Assembly (NCBI RefSeq): GCF_006345805.1
Contig: NC_043019.1
Location: forward strand, 14,445,360-14,509,359
Direction: 5' to 3'
DNA length: 64,000 nt
Source of the DNA: Octopus sinensis
Lineage: Eukaryota
Below, piece after piece: positions 24,241 to 37,917 of this stretch. A program made the position numbers and the translations under genes. The notes beneath the pieces are model-generated. The model was not told the origin of the DNA, made no database searches, and saw nothing but the letters and a program-made list of their open reading frames with translations. Each line of letters opens with the position of its first letter. Position 1 is the stretch's first letter.

Positions 24241-24526
24241 TTATTTGCATATTATATTTGAAAAAAATTTTTTACTTATATCTCTTTATCTTTTTATCTT
24301 TTTACTATTACTGTATATCTCATTTCATTTTATGTATTGCCTTTACTCATATGTAATGGTGTATTAAAGTATGGATTGAGTATCATCGGATAGTTGATGT
24401 TTTACTGATTTAAGTATATTTCTCCATTCTCTAATTTTGTAGTATATATATATATATATATATACAGATATATATATATATATATATATATAAACATACA
24501 TACATACATACATATATATGTATATG

Positions 24527-24577
<51 letters not shown>

Positions 24578-25149
24578 GCGTGTGTGTATATATATGTATA
24601 TATATGTGTGTGTATATATATATATATAGCTTCCGCACATGTGTTCCTTGACCATTTCTTCCCCCCCCCTCCCCAAACTAACCCTGTCCCTCTCCCTATG
24701 TCTTCTATATGCCCCCGTCTTCGATAACCACCATCGCCATATATAAACCAGCGACCGCAAATCGCTAAGCCCACTCGCTTTCGACTCCACTACGAATGCA
24801 CAGCTCATGAACGGCTAAAAGTTAAGATTTCTTCTTTCAACCTCGCTCCTACTACCCTCTGCACGTATAATCACTATTCCTTCAGTTCCTTCAATTTCTC
24901 TCTCATATTTTCCTTCAAATTGACTTCTCTGATACTTTCAAACCTACTTTCTTGCTATCACGATTTTTCAGTACCCTCTATTCATATTTTCTTTCAGTTT
25001 TTAACATACCATTCATGTAATGTTTTTCGTTTAGCCTTGTCTCGTCTCCCTATTTGCTCCCATTTCATAGCCACTCATCGTCCCCCCTAAAAATTGACTT
25101 CTCTGATACTTTCAAACCTACTTTCTTGCTATCACGATTAACAGAATCC

Positions 25150-26935
25150 TCTTGCTAGTTTGGGGTTGACCCGCCCACCCACCCCCTCCACACATGCCGG
25201 AAGTTCCTATTCTTTTCATCCCTAGGTTGCTTCCCTTGAAGACTGCAAATGCTCTTTCACCATCCCTACCCCTAGTTTCGACCTAGGTAAGGTAATGATC
25301 ATACAGTGCAAAATATGAATGGGTAGTGTTATGCAGGTTGAATTGAAGGCTACTGTATTACTTGCTCATGAATTCTGCCAAATGCGAGCTTTCTTTTCAG
25401 GTACATGAAGCTACTGTCCACCGACGCAGGGTCTCTAGGGCCCATACCTCCCACACCCTCAGGGTTGGCACCCTCAATGTTGGCACACTGAAAGGTAGGT
25501 CTGGCGAGATAGTTGAGATGCTTGAACGGAGACGTGTGGATATATGTTGTATGCAAGAAGTAAGGTGGAGAGGAGGTTCTGCTAAGTTCCTCACAGGCAA
25601 GGAACACAGGTACAAGATTTTCTGGGCAGGGAACACTGACGGGGTTGGAGGCGTGGGTATACTTATCGCTGAGAAATGGGTAGATAAAGTAATTGAGGTA
25701 ATCAGAGTATGCGACAGAATACTTAAGATTAGATTAGCGCTTCATCATAGTTTAGCAACCATTATATCAGCCTATGCTCCTCAGTCGGGGCTACCTGATG
25801 GACAGAAAGACCGATTCTATGACACTCTACTGCAGACTACCTCGTTGACGAACGACAGAGACCTTCTCTTTGTGGCTGGTGACTTCAATGGTCACGTTGG
25901 ACGACATGCTGGGGGCTTCCACGGCGTACATGGAGGCTATGGCTCTGGTTCCCGCAACGAGGAGGGAACCAGGCTGCTGGAGTTCTGCGATGCAAATAAT
26001 CTTATGATTTGCAACACTAACTTCAGGAAACCTACCAGCCACCTAGTCACCTACCGATCGGGCCAACATACCAGCCAAATTGACTACATCCTTGCCAGGC
26101 AAAGGGAGAGATGGCTACTTATAAATGTCAAAACCTTCCCAGGCGAAGAATGCACCCCACAACATAGACTGGTAGTTAGTGACTTTAGGATCAGGAGTAG
26201 GACAACCAGAAGACGGATCTGAAGAAGAAGGATCTGGAAGCTTAAGGATCCTGTGAATGGACAGAGATTTAGAGACATGTTACTTGAAGCCTTTGACGAA
26301 GTAGAAGGGGATAGTGTATCACATGGGGTAGAGGACAACTGGACGTTTCTAAGGGACAACCTGCTGAGAGCCACTGACCAGATCTGTGGCTGGTGCAAAG
26401 TCCCCTCTCGTCCCAAGGTAACGTGGTGGTGGAACAGTGTCGTAGACAGGGCTATTAGAGAAAAGAGACAGACTTGGAAGCACTGGAAGAATGGTGGTAG
26501 CAGGGAATTGTATCAGACTGCTAAAAGGGAAGCTAGGAGACAGGTCTATCTAGCCAGAGGGGAAGCAGATAAGAAAAAATTTGCCAATGTTCTGCGCCGT
26601 GAGGACCAAAGACTGGAGGTGTTTCGCGTTGCAAGACAGTGTGTGAGAGAGAATTGTGATGTGGTGGGAGAGAAGTGTGTTCGCATGGAAGATGTGTTCG
26701 CATGGAAGATGGTATGTATATCTGTATCTTCCGTGCCGGTGGCACGTAAAAAGCACCCACTACACTCACGGAGTCGTTGTTTTAGGAAGGGCATCCAGCT
26801 GTAGAAACACTGCCAGATCCAGATCAGACTGGAGCCTGGTGCAGCCTCCTGGCTTCCTAGACCCCAGTCGGACCGGCCAACCCATGCCAGCATGGAAAAC
26901 GGACGTTAAACAATGATGATGATGATGATGATGTT
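25150..26935 (+). mobile_element. RTE copy B: 5' region + endonuclease + linker, RT deleted, joined directly to the 3' UTR and (GAT)n tail
   Basis: ORF 25362-26222 has EN motifs (GTLNVGTL, MQEVRW, GDFNGHVG, SQIDYIL). After 26713 the sequence jumps to the 3' UTR (gtggcacgtaaaaagcacc...ggacgttaaacaatgatgatg). Confidence 0.92.
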
Positions 26936-26939
26936 CATG

Positions 26940-27620
26940 TGTTGAGATCCTGAATTGGGTAGGAGACGTATGACCTCTGGTCTTAGCCTTGGATGAACCT
27001 AATTTGGAGATCGTTTGGACAATGCTGGTGGTATATCCTCCACATTGTGCAAATGATGTACAGCAGTACTGGTGGGAACAGAGTTTCAATGCCTTAAGGC
27101 GGTTCCAATAATTAAGATCGGTCATTTCCTTAATTCTTTCAGTGAATGTCCTCTGGGGTAATTCAGTTTTCAAAATGTTTTTTTGTGTGGGAAGACCACA
27201 GTGGGCAGCAATATTCTAGGTGTGGGCGTACTAAGAAAGAAAACAGAGGAATGATGACACCTTCTTCTCTGGATTGGAAGGTTCTTAGGATCCAGGAGCT
27301 CTTCCTACGAACTATATCAACCTTATTGTTGATGTGGGCACTCCAGCTGAGATTGTTGTCTGATATTAGTTTCTGTCAATGATTCCCCTGAAGGAAGGGA
27401 ATATGATTGCTTTAGCAGGATCTTTCTTCCAAAATGCATCAGTTCAAATTTTGCCTCATTTAATCGCATTTTGTTTTTGTCTGCCCATTGACTTACAGCG
27501 TGTAGATCGGACTGGAGTTCAGTTCGGTCTTCTCTGTTGATAATCCTGTGGAGCTTGGAGTCATCGGTGAATATTTTCGCTTTGCTGTGTTTGATGACGC
27601 TTGAAATGTTGTTACTCTAA
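26940..27620 (-). mobile_element. CR1-type LINE RT 3' remnant
   Basis: Manual translation gives KIFTDDSKL...ELQSDLHAVSQWADKNKMRLNEAKFELMHFG and NYWNRLKALKL. Confidence 0.8.
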
Positions 27621-27787
27621 TTCAGTTCTGACTAGGTATCGAACTGAGTTTGGTGACTTTTGCTTTGTTTAGTAAATGTATTTGTATTTTGTTAATTTGT
27701 ACAAATATTGGTTCTTATTTGCATACTGCTCTGCTTTGAACGTGGATTTTTGGGTTCTGCTTTAATCAGCGTGTATTTTTGAGAATG

Positions 27788-28075
27788 TGGAGGTGCAATG
27801 GCCCAATGGTTAGGGCAGCGGACTCGCGGAATCAGAGGATCGCGGTTTCAATTCCCAGACCAGGCGTTGTGTGTGTTTATTGAGCAAAAACACCTAAAAG
27901 CTCCACGAGGCTCCAGCAGGGGGTGGTGCCGACCCCTGTTGTACTCTTTCGCCCCAACTTTCTCTCACTCTCTCTACTTGTTTCTTGAGTAACACTGCGA
28001 TGGACTGGCGTCCCATCCAGCTTGGGGGAACTCATACACCACAGAAACCGGGCCCATGAGCCTGGCTAGGCTTGA
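27788..28075 (+). mobile_element. tRNA-derived SINE, third family
   Basis: A box tggcccaatgg, B-box-like ggtttcaattcc, and body gcgatggactggcgtcccatccag. There is no complete cloverleaf. Confidence 0.75.
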
Positions 28076-31000
28076 AAAAGATGACGTTTATAATTTTTTT
28101 ATCGTATTTTTGAGAATATATTGCTCACACATTCACTCTGTTATTGCTGGACAAGTTTTCACGTGGATAACCATCATCATCATTATCATCGTTTAATGTC
28201 CGTTTTCCATGCTAGCATGGGTTGCACGGTTCGACCGGGGTCTGGTAAGCCATGGAGGCTGCACTAGATTCCAGTCTGATCTGGCAGTGTTTCTACAGCT
28301 GCATGCCCTTCCTAATGCCAACCACTCTGTGAGTGTAGTGGGTGTTTTTTACGTGCTACCGACACAGGGGCCAGAGCAGGCTGGCAAACGGCCACGATCG
28401 GTTGGTGCTTTTACGTATCACCGACACGGACGCCAGTCAGGCGGTGCTGGCGTCTGCCACGTACGGACGGTGCTTTTTACGTGTCACCGGTATGGGTGTC
28501 TTAACTACAATTTCCATTTGATTTTTATCAGGCATCTGCCACGTTCGGACGGTGCTTTTTACGTGTCACCCGCACGGGTGTTTTAACTACAATTTCCATT
28601 TGATTTTTATTTTGATGTTGACGTACTTGACTCAATAGGTCTCCTCAAGAACAATAGGTCTCCTCTAAAACATAACACGTACATACATACAACAGCAGAA
28701 TCAATGTAAATATTTGAGCTCCATTGGTGATATGAATATATTAAAGTGGCTGGTTTGTCCTTTGTGTGTGAAGTCTATGCAGTCATGTGACGAAAACAGT
28801 TTCTTTGCAGTGGTGTAATATTTTCATTAATCAATTAAAAGAGTCACTTGAAACAGCCATATTGAATTTACACCTGTAACTCATTTATATCATATTACCT
28901 ACCCTTGAATCTGCACTTTGGAAATGTTATAGAAAGTATTTTTGTATTGTTATACAAAGTACAAGTCTGAATAACTGAGAGCGGATCCCTTCACTAAGTT
29001 GGGTTGTGTTATCTGCATTATGCTGCAAGAATATCAAGTGCAAATACTTTACTTCTGTACAGAGTTTGGTATTCACCTGATATTGTTTGGATGTGCAAAT
29101 TAGATCAATCTAACAAGGTGCCTCAGTTTAAGTACCTAATTCAACCGAATCTTAAATACACACACACACACACACATATAGATGGCCATGGTCACCATTA
29201 TGGATAGTGGTCTGTGGTGCATATCGTGTGACCATCTAATATCGACTCATATCAGAAGGCTGAAATAATACATACTACATGTCTATGCTATGTATGTATG
29301 TGTGTATATATGAACGTTGAGCAAAAAATATTTGACAGTCAAAAAAATACATGAACAAAATATTTAACAATCAAAAACAGGAACAGTGTGAAAAAACAAA
29401 AGTGTCCTGAAAAGTGAAAACATGCGAAAACTATGTAAAGCCAGTCTTTTGAAATTTAAAAACACACAAATAGTTCATTGTGTAGAGTTCACTTTGATAT
29501 GAACTGTAGTGAATATGAAAGATGGACGTGGTGAATATGGAAGGTGCCAGAATCCAAAATGGCACAGTAGAAGACAGGTGTTGCCTGAACAAAGGCGTCA
29601 AAAGATGGAATGTTGTTCGAAGATTTGCAGGAGCAACAGGGCATCTAGTTGAGAGGTACTATTGAGTGGCATTACTTGAAAATGCTGTCATGAAATCAAA
29701 GCTGTGAGCAAGAATGACCAAAAGATGCTTTGTAAATGAAGATAAGCCAGAACTGCCCCCATTTTCCGGCCGAGAGTAGTGGAGAGCTGACGAAGAATGC
29801 TGAACTGTGAACAAGAAGGCATCAAGAAATGTTATGTACTCACTGGAAATGTAACCGTGAATTTTACTACTATTTTCAGCAAGTAGATGACACTGTGTAA
29901 GAGTGAACTGATGTTTCATGAAACATGAAGAAAACTGCTCAAAAAGTTGTTAGGATGAAATAACTGTGAAGTTTTTTGTGTGAAGGTCTCAGCCACAAAG
30001 AAGTCTTTAGTTGTAGGCTCTGGAAGTCACTGACAAAATGAAAAACTTCAACGTAGAAAAATTTTTGTAGCTTTCCACTTGTGATGGATGATAATGTAGA
30101 GGCAATCCTGAAGTTGAATGTCGCAAAGCACACAAATTCAATGGCTGTTGAAACGAAGACTGTAGATCTTTTAGCTCGGGGTACCAATTTGTAAAGGACC
30201 ATGTGATGCGAGATAACGAGAGTTGATGTTGGACAACACACAGTCCTTACAATATATGTTAGATGGAATGCATTTCTAAGTCGGATCCGTGTTCCAAATC
30301 AGGGTCACCATTATAGATAGGGGCCCATGGCGCATGTTGTGTGACCATCTAATACCGACTCATATCAGAAAGTTGAAATAATACATATAATGTGCCAGTT
30401 GGAAAAGAGAAGAGACACAACCGAGTAGAAGGTTTATGAAAGATTTATTCATATATTTACATGCATCTGTGTGGGTTGTATGTTTGCTGTTAACCACGGC
30501 GAAGTAATTCAAAAACAGTGCTAGGTTAGAACCTGTGCAGTGTTGCTGGTGTTGTGTATGTAGAGATGTTGCTGATGACATTGGTGAGAGACATGATGGT
30601 GGCGACAAAGACGGAGATCACTGTGATGCTGTTGGACAGGTGTTGTCCGGCGTCATCGCTGGAACTGGCTGTGTCATGTGGTCAGTGGCTAGACCTTAGG
30701 TCTGGAACCAAAGACTCCAAGACATAGAGAAGTTGAGTTTTTATAAGTAACGGTAGGCTCAAATTGGGGTTTAGAACAAACTGTCTCACATGATTTATTT
30801 GGAGGCTGCAATTGGTTAGGTTACATATTGGCACAACAGAGTAAGAGATAAATTGCGCCAATACTAACCAATCAGAGTGGTGGACACAATGGGGTCCAAA
30901 TAGCACCAAAAGATTAGCTGTTATCTACTACATTCCATTGTATGTATATATAATAAAGGGAAGAGGAATTTCACAAGAGTGTCTGCTACATATACATATA

Positions 31001-31106
31001 TATATAGTTAATCCAAACAAGAAAGCACAAAAAAACACACAACAACGCAAGGACGTGGAACAAATATAGTATTATTGGACGCTCAGGAAAGAAGGAAGGA
31101 AGGAGG

Positions 31107-31141
31107 GTTTAATGTTTCGAGCGGAGCTCTTCGTCGGAAAC
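31107..31141 (-). ncRNA. Minimal hammerhead-like motif in a dispersed repeat (also 47667-47700 and 49748-49781, plus strand)
   Basis: GUUU-C-CGACGA-A-GAGC-UCC-GCUC-GAAA-C-(A/G)U(U/C)-AAAC. Position 4 of the core is C instead of U. Confidence 0.4.
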
Positions 31142-32611
31142 ATAGGAGAAGGAAAGATCCAGAGAAGGGAAGACAGAGGAAAAAAATCGCCAACAATAGT
31201 GTGTGTATATAACGGTTTTAATTGATTAGTAAAGATAAAGTTTTTAATTGAAGTTGAGGGCCACCAGTTTGTGACGGGAGAAATTGATTGCTGAACATTA
31301 TTATGATATGTTGTGGTCAGCATATGCAACAAAAAAAAGTTGTGGTTATAATTGTTTACTGTAGGATATGAAAGATGAACAGTGCATGAAGTTATAAGAA
31401 AGTATTTATTTACCTTTACATTACAAATACCTTTCCTCGATGGGCAGGTTTTGATACATCCAAAAGCATGCGAAGTAAAGTTTGAGTTTGGGTTCTCTTA
31501 ATTGTTTAGTAGTAATTGTGGAGACAGATAGAATGATGTTGTAAGAGAACAGAATTAGAGCTAGTGAGAATTGGAGGGTGTTGTCTGACAGTTGCTGGCA
31601 GTAAACTTCATTTCTCCCTCTGACCAATGTTGGTCAGCCAGACCACGTTGAGTCATCACCGACTGTGACTAACTGATTTTTACTTGGGATGAGCTGGCTT
31701 ATATAAAGATCCAGAAGGATAGATATATCATTGAGAACAATAGATTTAGTTGGTGGTCTTGTTATCACTATTCCACATTGACTACCAGATAAGGGATCGG
31801 GGGATCCAGTCAAAGGTTTTCTCCAAGGCAACAAAAGCCAAGTACAGAGGTTTATATTTGGCTATGTATTTTTCAAAACCAAACTGCATCTCATCTAGAA
31901 TAACTCTCTCCCTGATAAGTTGGGCTTTGACCCTCTCTGTGACTTTCATCACCTGATCCAACAATTTGATACTTCCGTAATTATTTCTATTTAAGGTGTC
32001 GCCTGTACTTTTGTAGCAGTTGACTATGATGACGTTACACCAGTCATTGGGTGTGACACCTCCATGTACCGCCTTTTCTATTATACAGTGGCAACACACA
32101 AACACACACAAAGCCCATACATACTAAAGCAAAAGAAAGCAAACAGTTAAAAGCAAATCCACCCAAGTGTTTCAGATTAAAAGTGACCAGTCAACTATAC
32201 ATTTAAGATAACAAAAGTAGCTGTCTGTTAACCCATTTCACTGTAGTTTGGAAGGAAAGAGACGCAATACAGCGAGTTATTAAGTAAGAAACTTTCATAA
32301 TGAAGAATTGCCCAAGAATTGGATTTCACCCAGTAAGTAAATATATTGTTGATTTTTCCACATGCAAGACACACACACACACATTCTTTTATTTGTTTCA
32401 GTCATTTGACTGCGGCCATGCTGGAGCACTGCCTTTAGTCAAACGAATCGACCCCAAGATATACTTTTTTTTAAACTTAGTACTTATTTATCAGTTTCTG
32501 TTTGCTGAACTGCTACGTTATGGGGATGTAAACAAACCCACATCAGTTGTCAAGCAATGGCGGGGGTACAAACACACACAAACATATATATACATTATCT
32601 CTCCATATAAA

Positions 32612-33530
32612 TAACTAGCTTAAGGTGACCCGCTCTACGCGCGGGTGTGGTTGTTACTTTCTGTTGCTTTCTTTTCTAAATTTGAATCCCCTTCCAGCTC
32701 CATTTAGACTCGTTTTTACATAAAAATCCAATTTGTGTATACGTTCGCCTTCTTCATTTTATAGATAAGATTAGATGCCAATTGCGCCAATCTGGAGGGG
32801 CTTAGCGCCCCCTTAAATCTTCTCACCATAGCAACCGCATCTTTCCAGATGGGGAGTTTTAACCTACTCAACTCTTTGCCTCATCACGCCTTCTATGCCT
32901 GTGTAAATTTTCAGCTCGATCTGACCACTGCTGTGGCCGCCAACCTCTGACGTAGCAAAACATGCATGCAATTTTGACCCAAAGCCTCTTTTATATATAT
33001 AGATAGCAGAGAAACCCGGTCTTGCTCGGGATTAAAATAGTTTATCAACGTTGTATTTGTTTCGGTATTATAACTTGATTTCATTCGGATCTACATGGGC
33101 CACACTTTAAAGATGAGGAATTTTGCCATAGAGGCCACACCTTTCAATTGAGCAAACTCAAAGTTGCCATGCAAACTCGCCAGGACTTTTAACATAGGTT
33201 TGCAAATTTTCAACTGAATCCTACCATATTTACTAACACTTTTGCCTGTATAACTGCCTGTGAGACAACGTCTGCCCTTTACACAAATATGTAGTAGACC
33301 TACAGAGATACCCGACTTTACTTGAGATTAAAATGGCATAGTTTTTCATTGTTTTACTTGTTTGGTTAATATAAGCCGATTTCATTCAGGTGTAATCGGG
33401 CCACATTTTAAAAGATGAGGAATTTTGTCTTAGAGGTCACGCCTTTCATTTGAGGATAAAAATAGTTGCCATGCAAACTCGCCAGCACGTCTAACATAGG
33501 TGTGCGTATTTTCAGCTCAACCGAACACAT
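32612..33530 (+). mobile_element. Two adjacent Helitron-like non-autonomous elements
   Basis: 5' ends actagcttaaggtgacccgctctacgcgcggg (32614) and agatagcagagaaacccggtcttgctcggg (33001). There is an internal ~300-bp duplication (33075-33230 / 33375-33530). Confidence 0.5.
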
Positions 33531-33687
33531 AATGCACACATAATAAATATATATATATATTTATATATATGCATTAAATATATATATGTACATATTTATT
33601 TTATATATATGTGTGTGTGTGTGTGTGTATTATATACACAAATGTGTGTGTGTGTGTGCATTATATACACAAATGTATACAAATTAA

Positions 33688-33718
<31 letters not shown>

Positions 33719-34406
33719 AGTACAGATATATACACTTTGTATATATACATTATATATACATGTTTATATATAGATACAGACAGATACATACACACATATA
33801 TAAATTAACCCAATAAATATCTGATTCATAATATTTGTTCTCATGATTGTGTGGTGGTGGTGGTGGTGCTAATAAGATGTGTTACAGAGTTCAACCAATA
33901 TATCTCTCTTTATTTGTTCTCTACTTATTATTTCCTTACCCCTTCTCTTCCTAGTGTCTGCCTTTGACGTCGAATCTACTAACGATTTTTTTTAAATACT
34001 CAATAACATTCTGTTTATCATTTATGCAGTAATCAAAATTGCTATAATGTCTTGTTGTTGAGATAGGCTCTCTTTCTTTCCTGATGAGAAGATTGCATTT
34101 ACACCGTTTATGCCTTTGGAATAAAACCAATGTTGTCTTCGAAACATATGTCGAAAGTAAAAGAATTTGAATAGCATCTGCGTTCAACTCAATTTATTTA
34201 CTAATACTACACAAATTACTGCACATTAACCCGGAGTTTCTACCTTTGAATAGGTCACTACATCCTTGTTACTTGCGTGAATTTTGCTACCCTGGTAACT
34301 GTTTATTGAATTTTCCATGTCATCGGTAAACAAAGGATAATTCATACATCCATTTACAGATATATATATATATATATATATATAGTGTGTGTGTGTGTGT
34401 GTGTGC

Positions 34407-34437
<31 letters not shown>

Positions 34438-34587
34438 TGTATTGTGGAAAGTTTCTGACCTACCTCATATCACTCTTAGTGTACTGTGACACAACTATTA
34501 AGTTGACAATTTTCAGGTCGTTAGCAGATCAAGTTGGGAAATACTTGTTGCCACGATTCAGAGCATTTCAAGTTTTTGTAATAGTAA

Positions 34588-35625
34588 TGTAGTGTGATAG
34601 ATGAAGAGGACAACAGAAGGAGAAGGAAATACAAACAGGTCTTACCTCGGCGAAGATGGGGTCTCTTACCAAACTCGGCACGTCCAGTCGCTTCCTCGTC
34701 TCTGCTCAAAACGCTGGCTTCGTTGATCGCCACACGTGCGTGCTGCTTGACCGCTTCCGCTTCCCCCTGCACATGCGCCCTCCGGTCTTCCACCGGGCCC
34801 CTGCAAGCCCTACTTCCGCCCTCCCTTATCTGTCGTCCTCTCCACCGACACCACACACCCCCCTGATCTACAGATCACTGAACCGGCTTTCTCACTCGCT
34901 CCCCGCTCCCGAACTCACACCCTTACTGGTTTCATAATCAGCCAACCAGGGAGGAGGGCGCCATTCCCTCTGTGGTCACAGTTCGACCCTAGGACAGGTT
35001 CCTGGCATGTTGCTGCTGGCCTCATCATCCTGTCTACTGGTGTTGTTTTCATCTTGCCCACTGCTGCTGGTCCCATCCTCTGAGGCATGGACAATCCTCC
35101 GTATATCCAAAACGTGGCGTGGAAAACCATCGACCGAGATGTTGCTCTTTGAATTTACAGAGGCTATTGCTCCCTTTCCCCATCGTGATGTACACCGTGC
35201 GTTTGGGGGTTTTACCCAAACTTCTTCCCCGACCTGCACGAAGGTGTGCTCTTCCTCCGCCCCGGGTCGCATTGACGCAGTACACGGATGCCGCCACTCG
35301 TACCTGAATATTGCCCTGTGTGGCACCGACTTCTCAGCCTTCCTGATCTGGGTGACATATTGTACCAAAATACAGCCTCGCTTGGTGAAATGTGACCCCT
35401 CTCTGCCATGGCCTTGATGGTACGATGATGCCTTTCCCCCACCCCATTTCCACTTGGCCGGTATGCCGCCCTGAAGAAGCGGTTGACCTTCCACCCATCA
35501 AGCATTTCTTTCAGCACATCTGAGCGAAATGCAGTGCCATTATCCAGAAGCAGTTCATCCACGGGGCCTCCTTCCAGGAATATCTCATTCAATACTTTCA
35601 CAATTTCCTCTGCGGTCCCCGTCTT
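34588..35625 (-). mobile_element. Truncated duplicate of the Gypsy family-2 element (3' LTR 34588-34855 + end of integrase)
   Basis: Same LTR and same ~150-bp left flank as 50133-51225. It stops abruptly at gcggtccccgtctt. Confidence 0.9.
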
Positions 35626-37917
35626 ATATATACGAAAGAAGGTTTGAAAATGCAATTTCTAAAAGATGTTTATTTACTTTACCAGTTTCACTCTTTGGAA
35701 GAAGATTGTCAAAAGTAACATGTAGAAGTTTGGTTGCGTTAATTATTGGTTGTTACAAAATGCTACATTACATATATACAGTCTTTGGTAACACGGACAT
35801 GTTAAGGACATAAGAAAGTTTAACAAGTTCCTCAAAATATTGGGCACAAAAGATTACAACATAAATAATCGTTCTCAAGAATATGTTAAAGATAGTTTCC
35901 AGAAGGAATTATTAAAAAGTTCAGTGGGATATTGGTATTGTATCTGTATATTCAAACATGCACAGAATATTATATATACATTCTTTGGTGACAAGAGCAT
36001 GTTAAGAACATAAGAAAGTTTAACAAGTTCATTGAAATATTGGGCACAAAAGATTACAGTAAATATATTATACGTTCTCAAGATAATTTCCAGAAGGAAT
36101 TATTAAAAAGTTCAGTGGGATATTGGTATACATGCACAGAATATTATGAGTTCAAAAAGGTTTACATTATAATAGTAGGGAAGCTAAAACTGATCTGTCC
36201 ACCATGTTAACATAAAAGAATATTATCTCTTTCAAGGGACACTGTAGGTGTGTTTGGGTGGGGGGAAGGAGGAGTAATATGGAACTGAAAAGAATTTCTC
36301 CCATATGTCTCTCCTTCAAGCATCAATGATTTGGGGGATTGGCTTTAGAGGTCAGGATGGTTTCAATGTGTGTGTCTTTGTGTGTGTGTGTATATAGATA
36401 TGTGGTGTGAATAGATGTGTCTGTGTGTTTGTAAAATCTGGTAGGATGGTGTGTGTATATGTGTGCCCGTTTGTCAACCATGTGTGTGATTGTCTTGGTG
36501 TTGTGTATGTGTGTGTATGTATGTGTGTGCGATTGGCATTTGGCATGGTGCTGCATGTGTATGTGTGTGTGTATATGTGTGTCTGTATGGAGGTCAAAAT
36601 GGTGTGAGCGTGTGTCTTTGTGTGTGTGTATATATATATATATGTATACATGTGTTTGTGTGTGTGTGTGGACTGTTTTTCATTGGTCCCAGGGTCCATT
36701 GTGGTGTAAATAGATGTGTGTTTTTTTTTATTTGGTACGATGTGTATGTATATGTGTGCCCGTTTGTGTGTGTGTGTGTGTGTATGTGTGTGGTTAATGT
36801 TTGTTAGTGTGTTGCGTGTGCATTAGTGTGTATGTGTATGTTCTAATCTTTTGTGCCCAATATTTTAAGGAATGTGTTAAACTTTCTTATGTCCTTAACA
36901 TGTCCCTGTTACAAATGTCGGTTCACAAATATCAAAATGTTTGACTAGGGTCTTGTTGATTATCTATCACTAGGGTGAAAACAAATTATGGTTAACAATG
37001 TAGGGAATTATCCAACTGCAATTGATCTAGGTAGTAGAATGTCTGGATATGGTCTAATACATTGTCTATTACTAAGGTAAGACCAAATTATGGTTAACCA
37101 AAGTAGGGAATTAGCTAGCATACAAGAACGATTTGAATTAAAATGCTGGCATTAATGGGTCGTAAGTATTCTTATAAACAACAGAATGTCTGATGGTAGT
37201 CTAATTTTAACAATCATTTTTCCATGTTTGCATGGGGTGAGCAAATTTACCATGGCAGATTTTCTACGACTGGGTGCCCATCCTGTCACCAACCCTTATC
37301 TGTTTCAGTTTAGTATTTCTCCATATTCAGACATATTGGTTTTAAATTATGGTAGAGGGCAGGCCTTTCTGAGGGGAGGGGGAACTTTGATGCATCAACC
37401 CCAGTACATGACTGGTACTTATTTTATTGACTCGGAAAGGATTATGGTTAAAGTGAACGTCGGCAGAATTTGAGCTCAGAGTGTAAAGACGGACAAAATA
37501 CCGCTAAGCATTTTGTCTGGCATGCTAACAGTTCTGCCAGCTCAGCATCTTCCCATGGTCAGACAGATTTTCACACAACACTGGAAACGAAGAAGGATAT
37601 TCATTTACAATAATCATACACTGTCAAGATAAGGAGACATAAACATGCACACACCCACACTCATGCATAGTATTAATAGAATAGAAGACAAGTAAGCTGT
37701 AGTTGAAGAGCCTTGCCCTAGGTGCCATGCAGTGGGACTGAACCTGAAACTTTGTGGTTGAGAGGCAAACTCCTTAGCCATACAGCCATGCCTGTACCTA
37801 TAAGCTAGTAAAAACTGAAAAACTAAAAATTGCAGTAGAAGACTTTTTTTCTATTTGTTTATGGTATTTTATTACAAAGTTGTCATATTTTCACTTATTT
37901 CTTTTTATCATTTCTAG

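Noticed and set aside
27788-27870. tRNA gene
   Set aside because: There are A/B-box-like motifs but no full cloverleaf, and the sequence continues into a SINE body. The same applies to the other SINE heads.
37040-37170. First coding exon using the donors AAG|GTAAGA (37077) or GTC|GTAAGT (37162)
   Set aside because: The upstream ATG frames are phase 2 and phase 1, incompatible with the phase-0 TAG acceptor. They would work only with weaker downstream CAG/GAG acceptors that lack a good pyrimidine tract.
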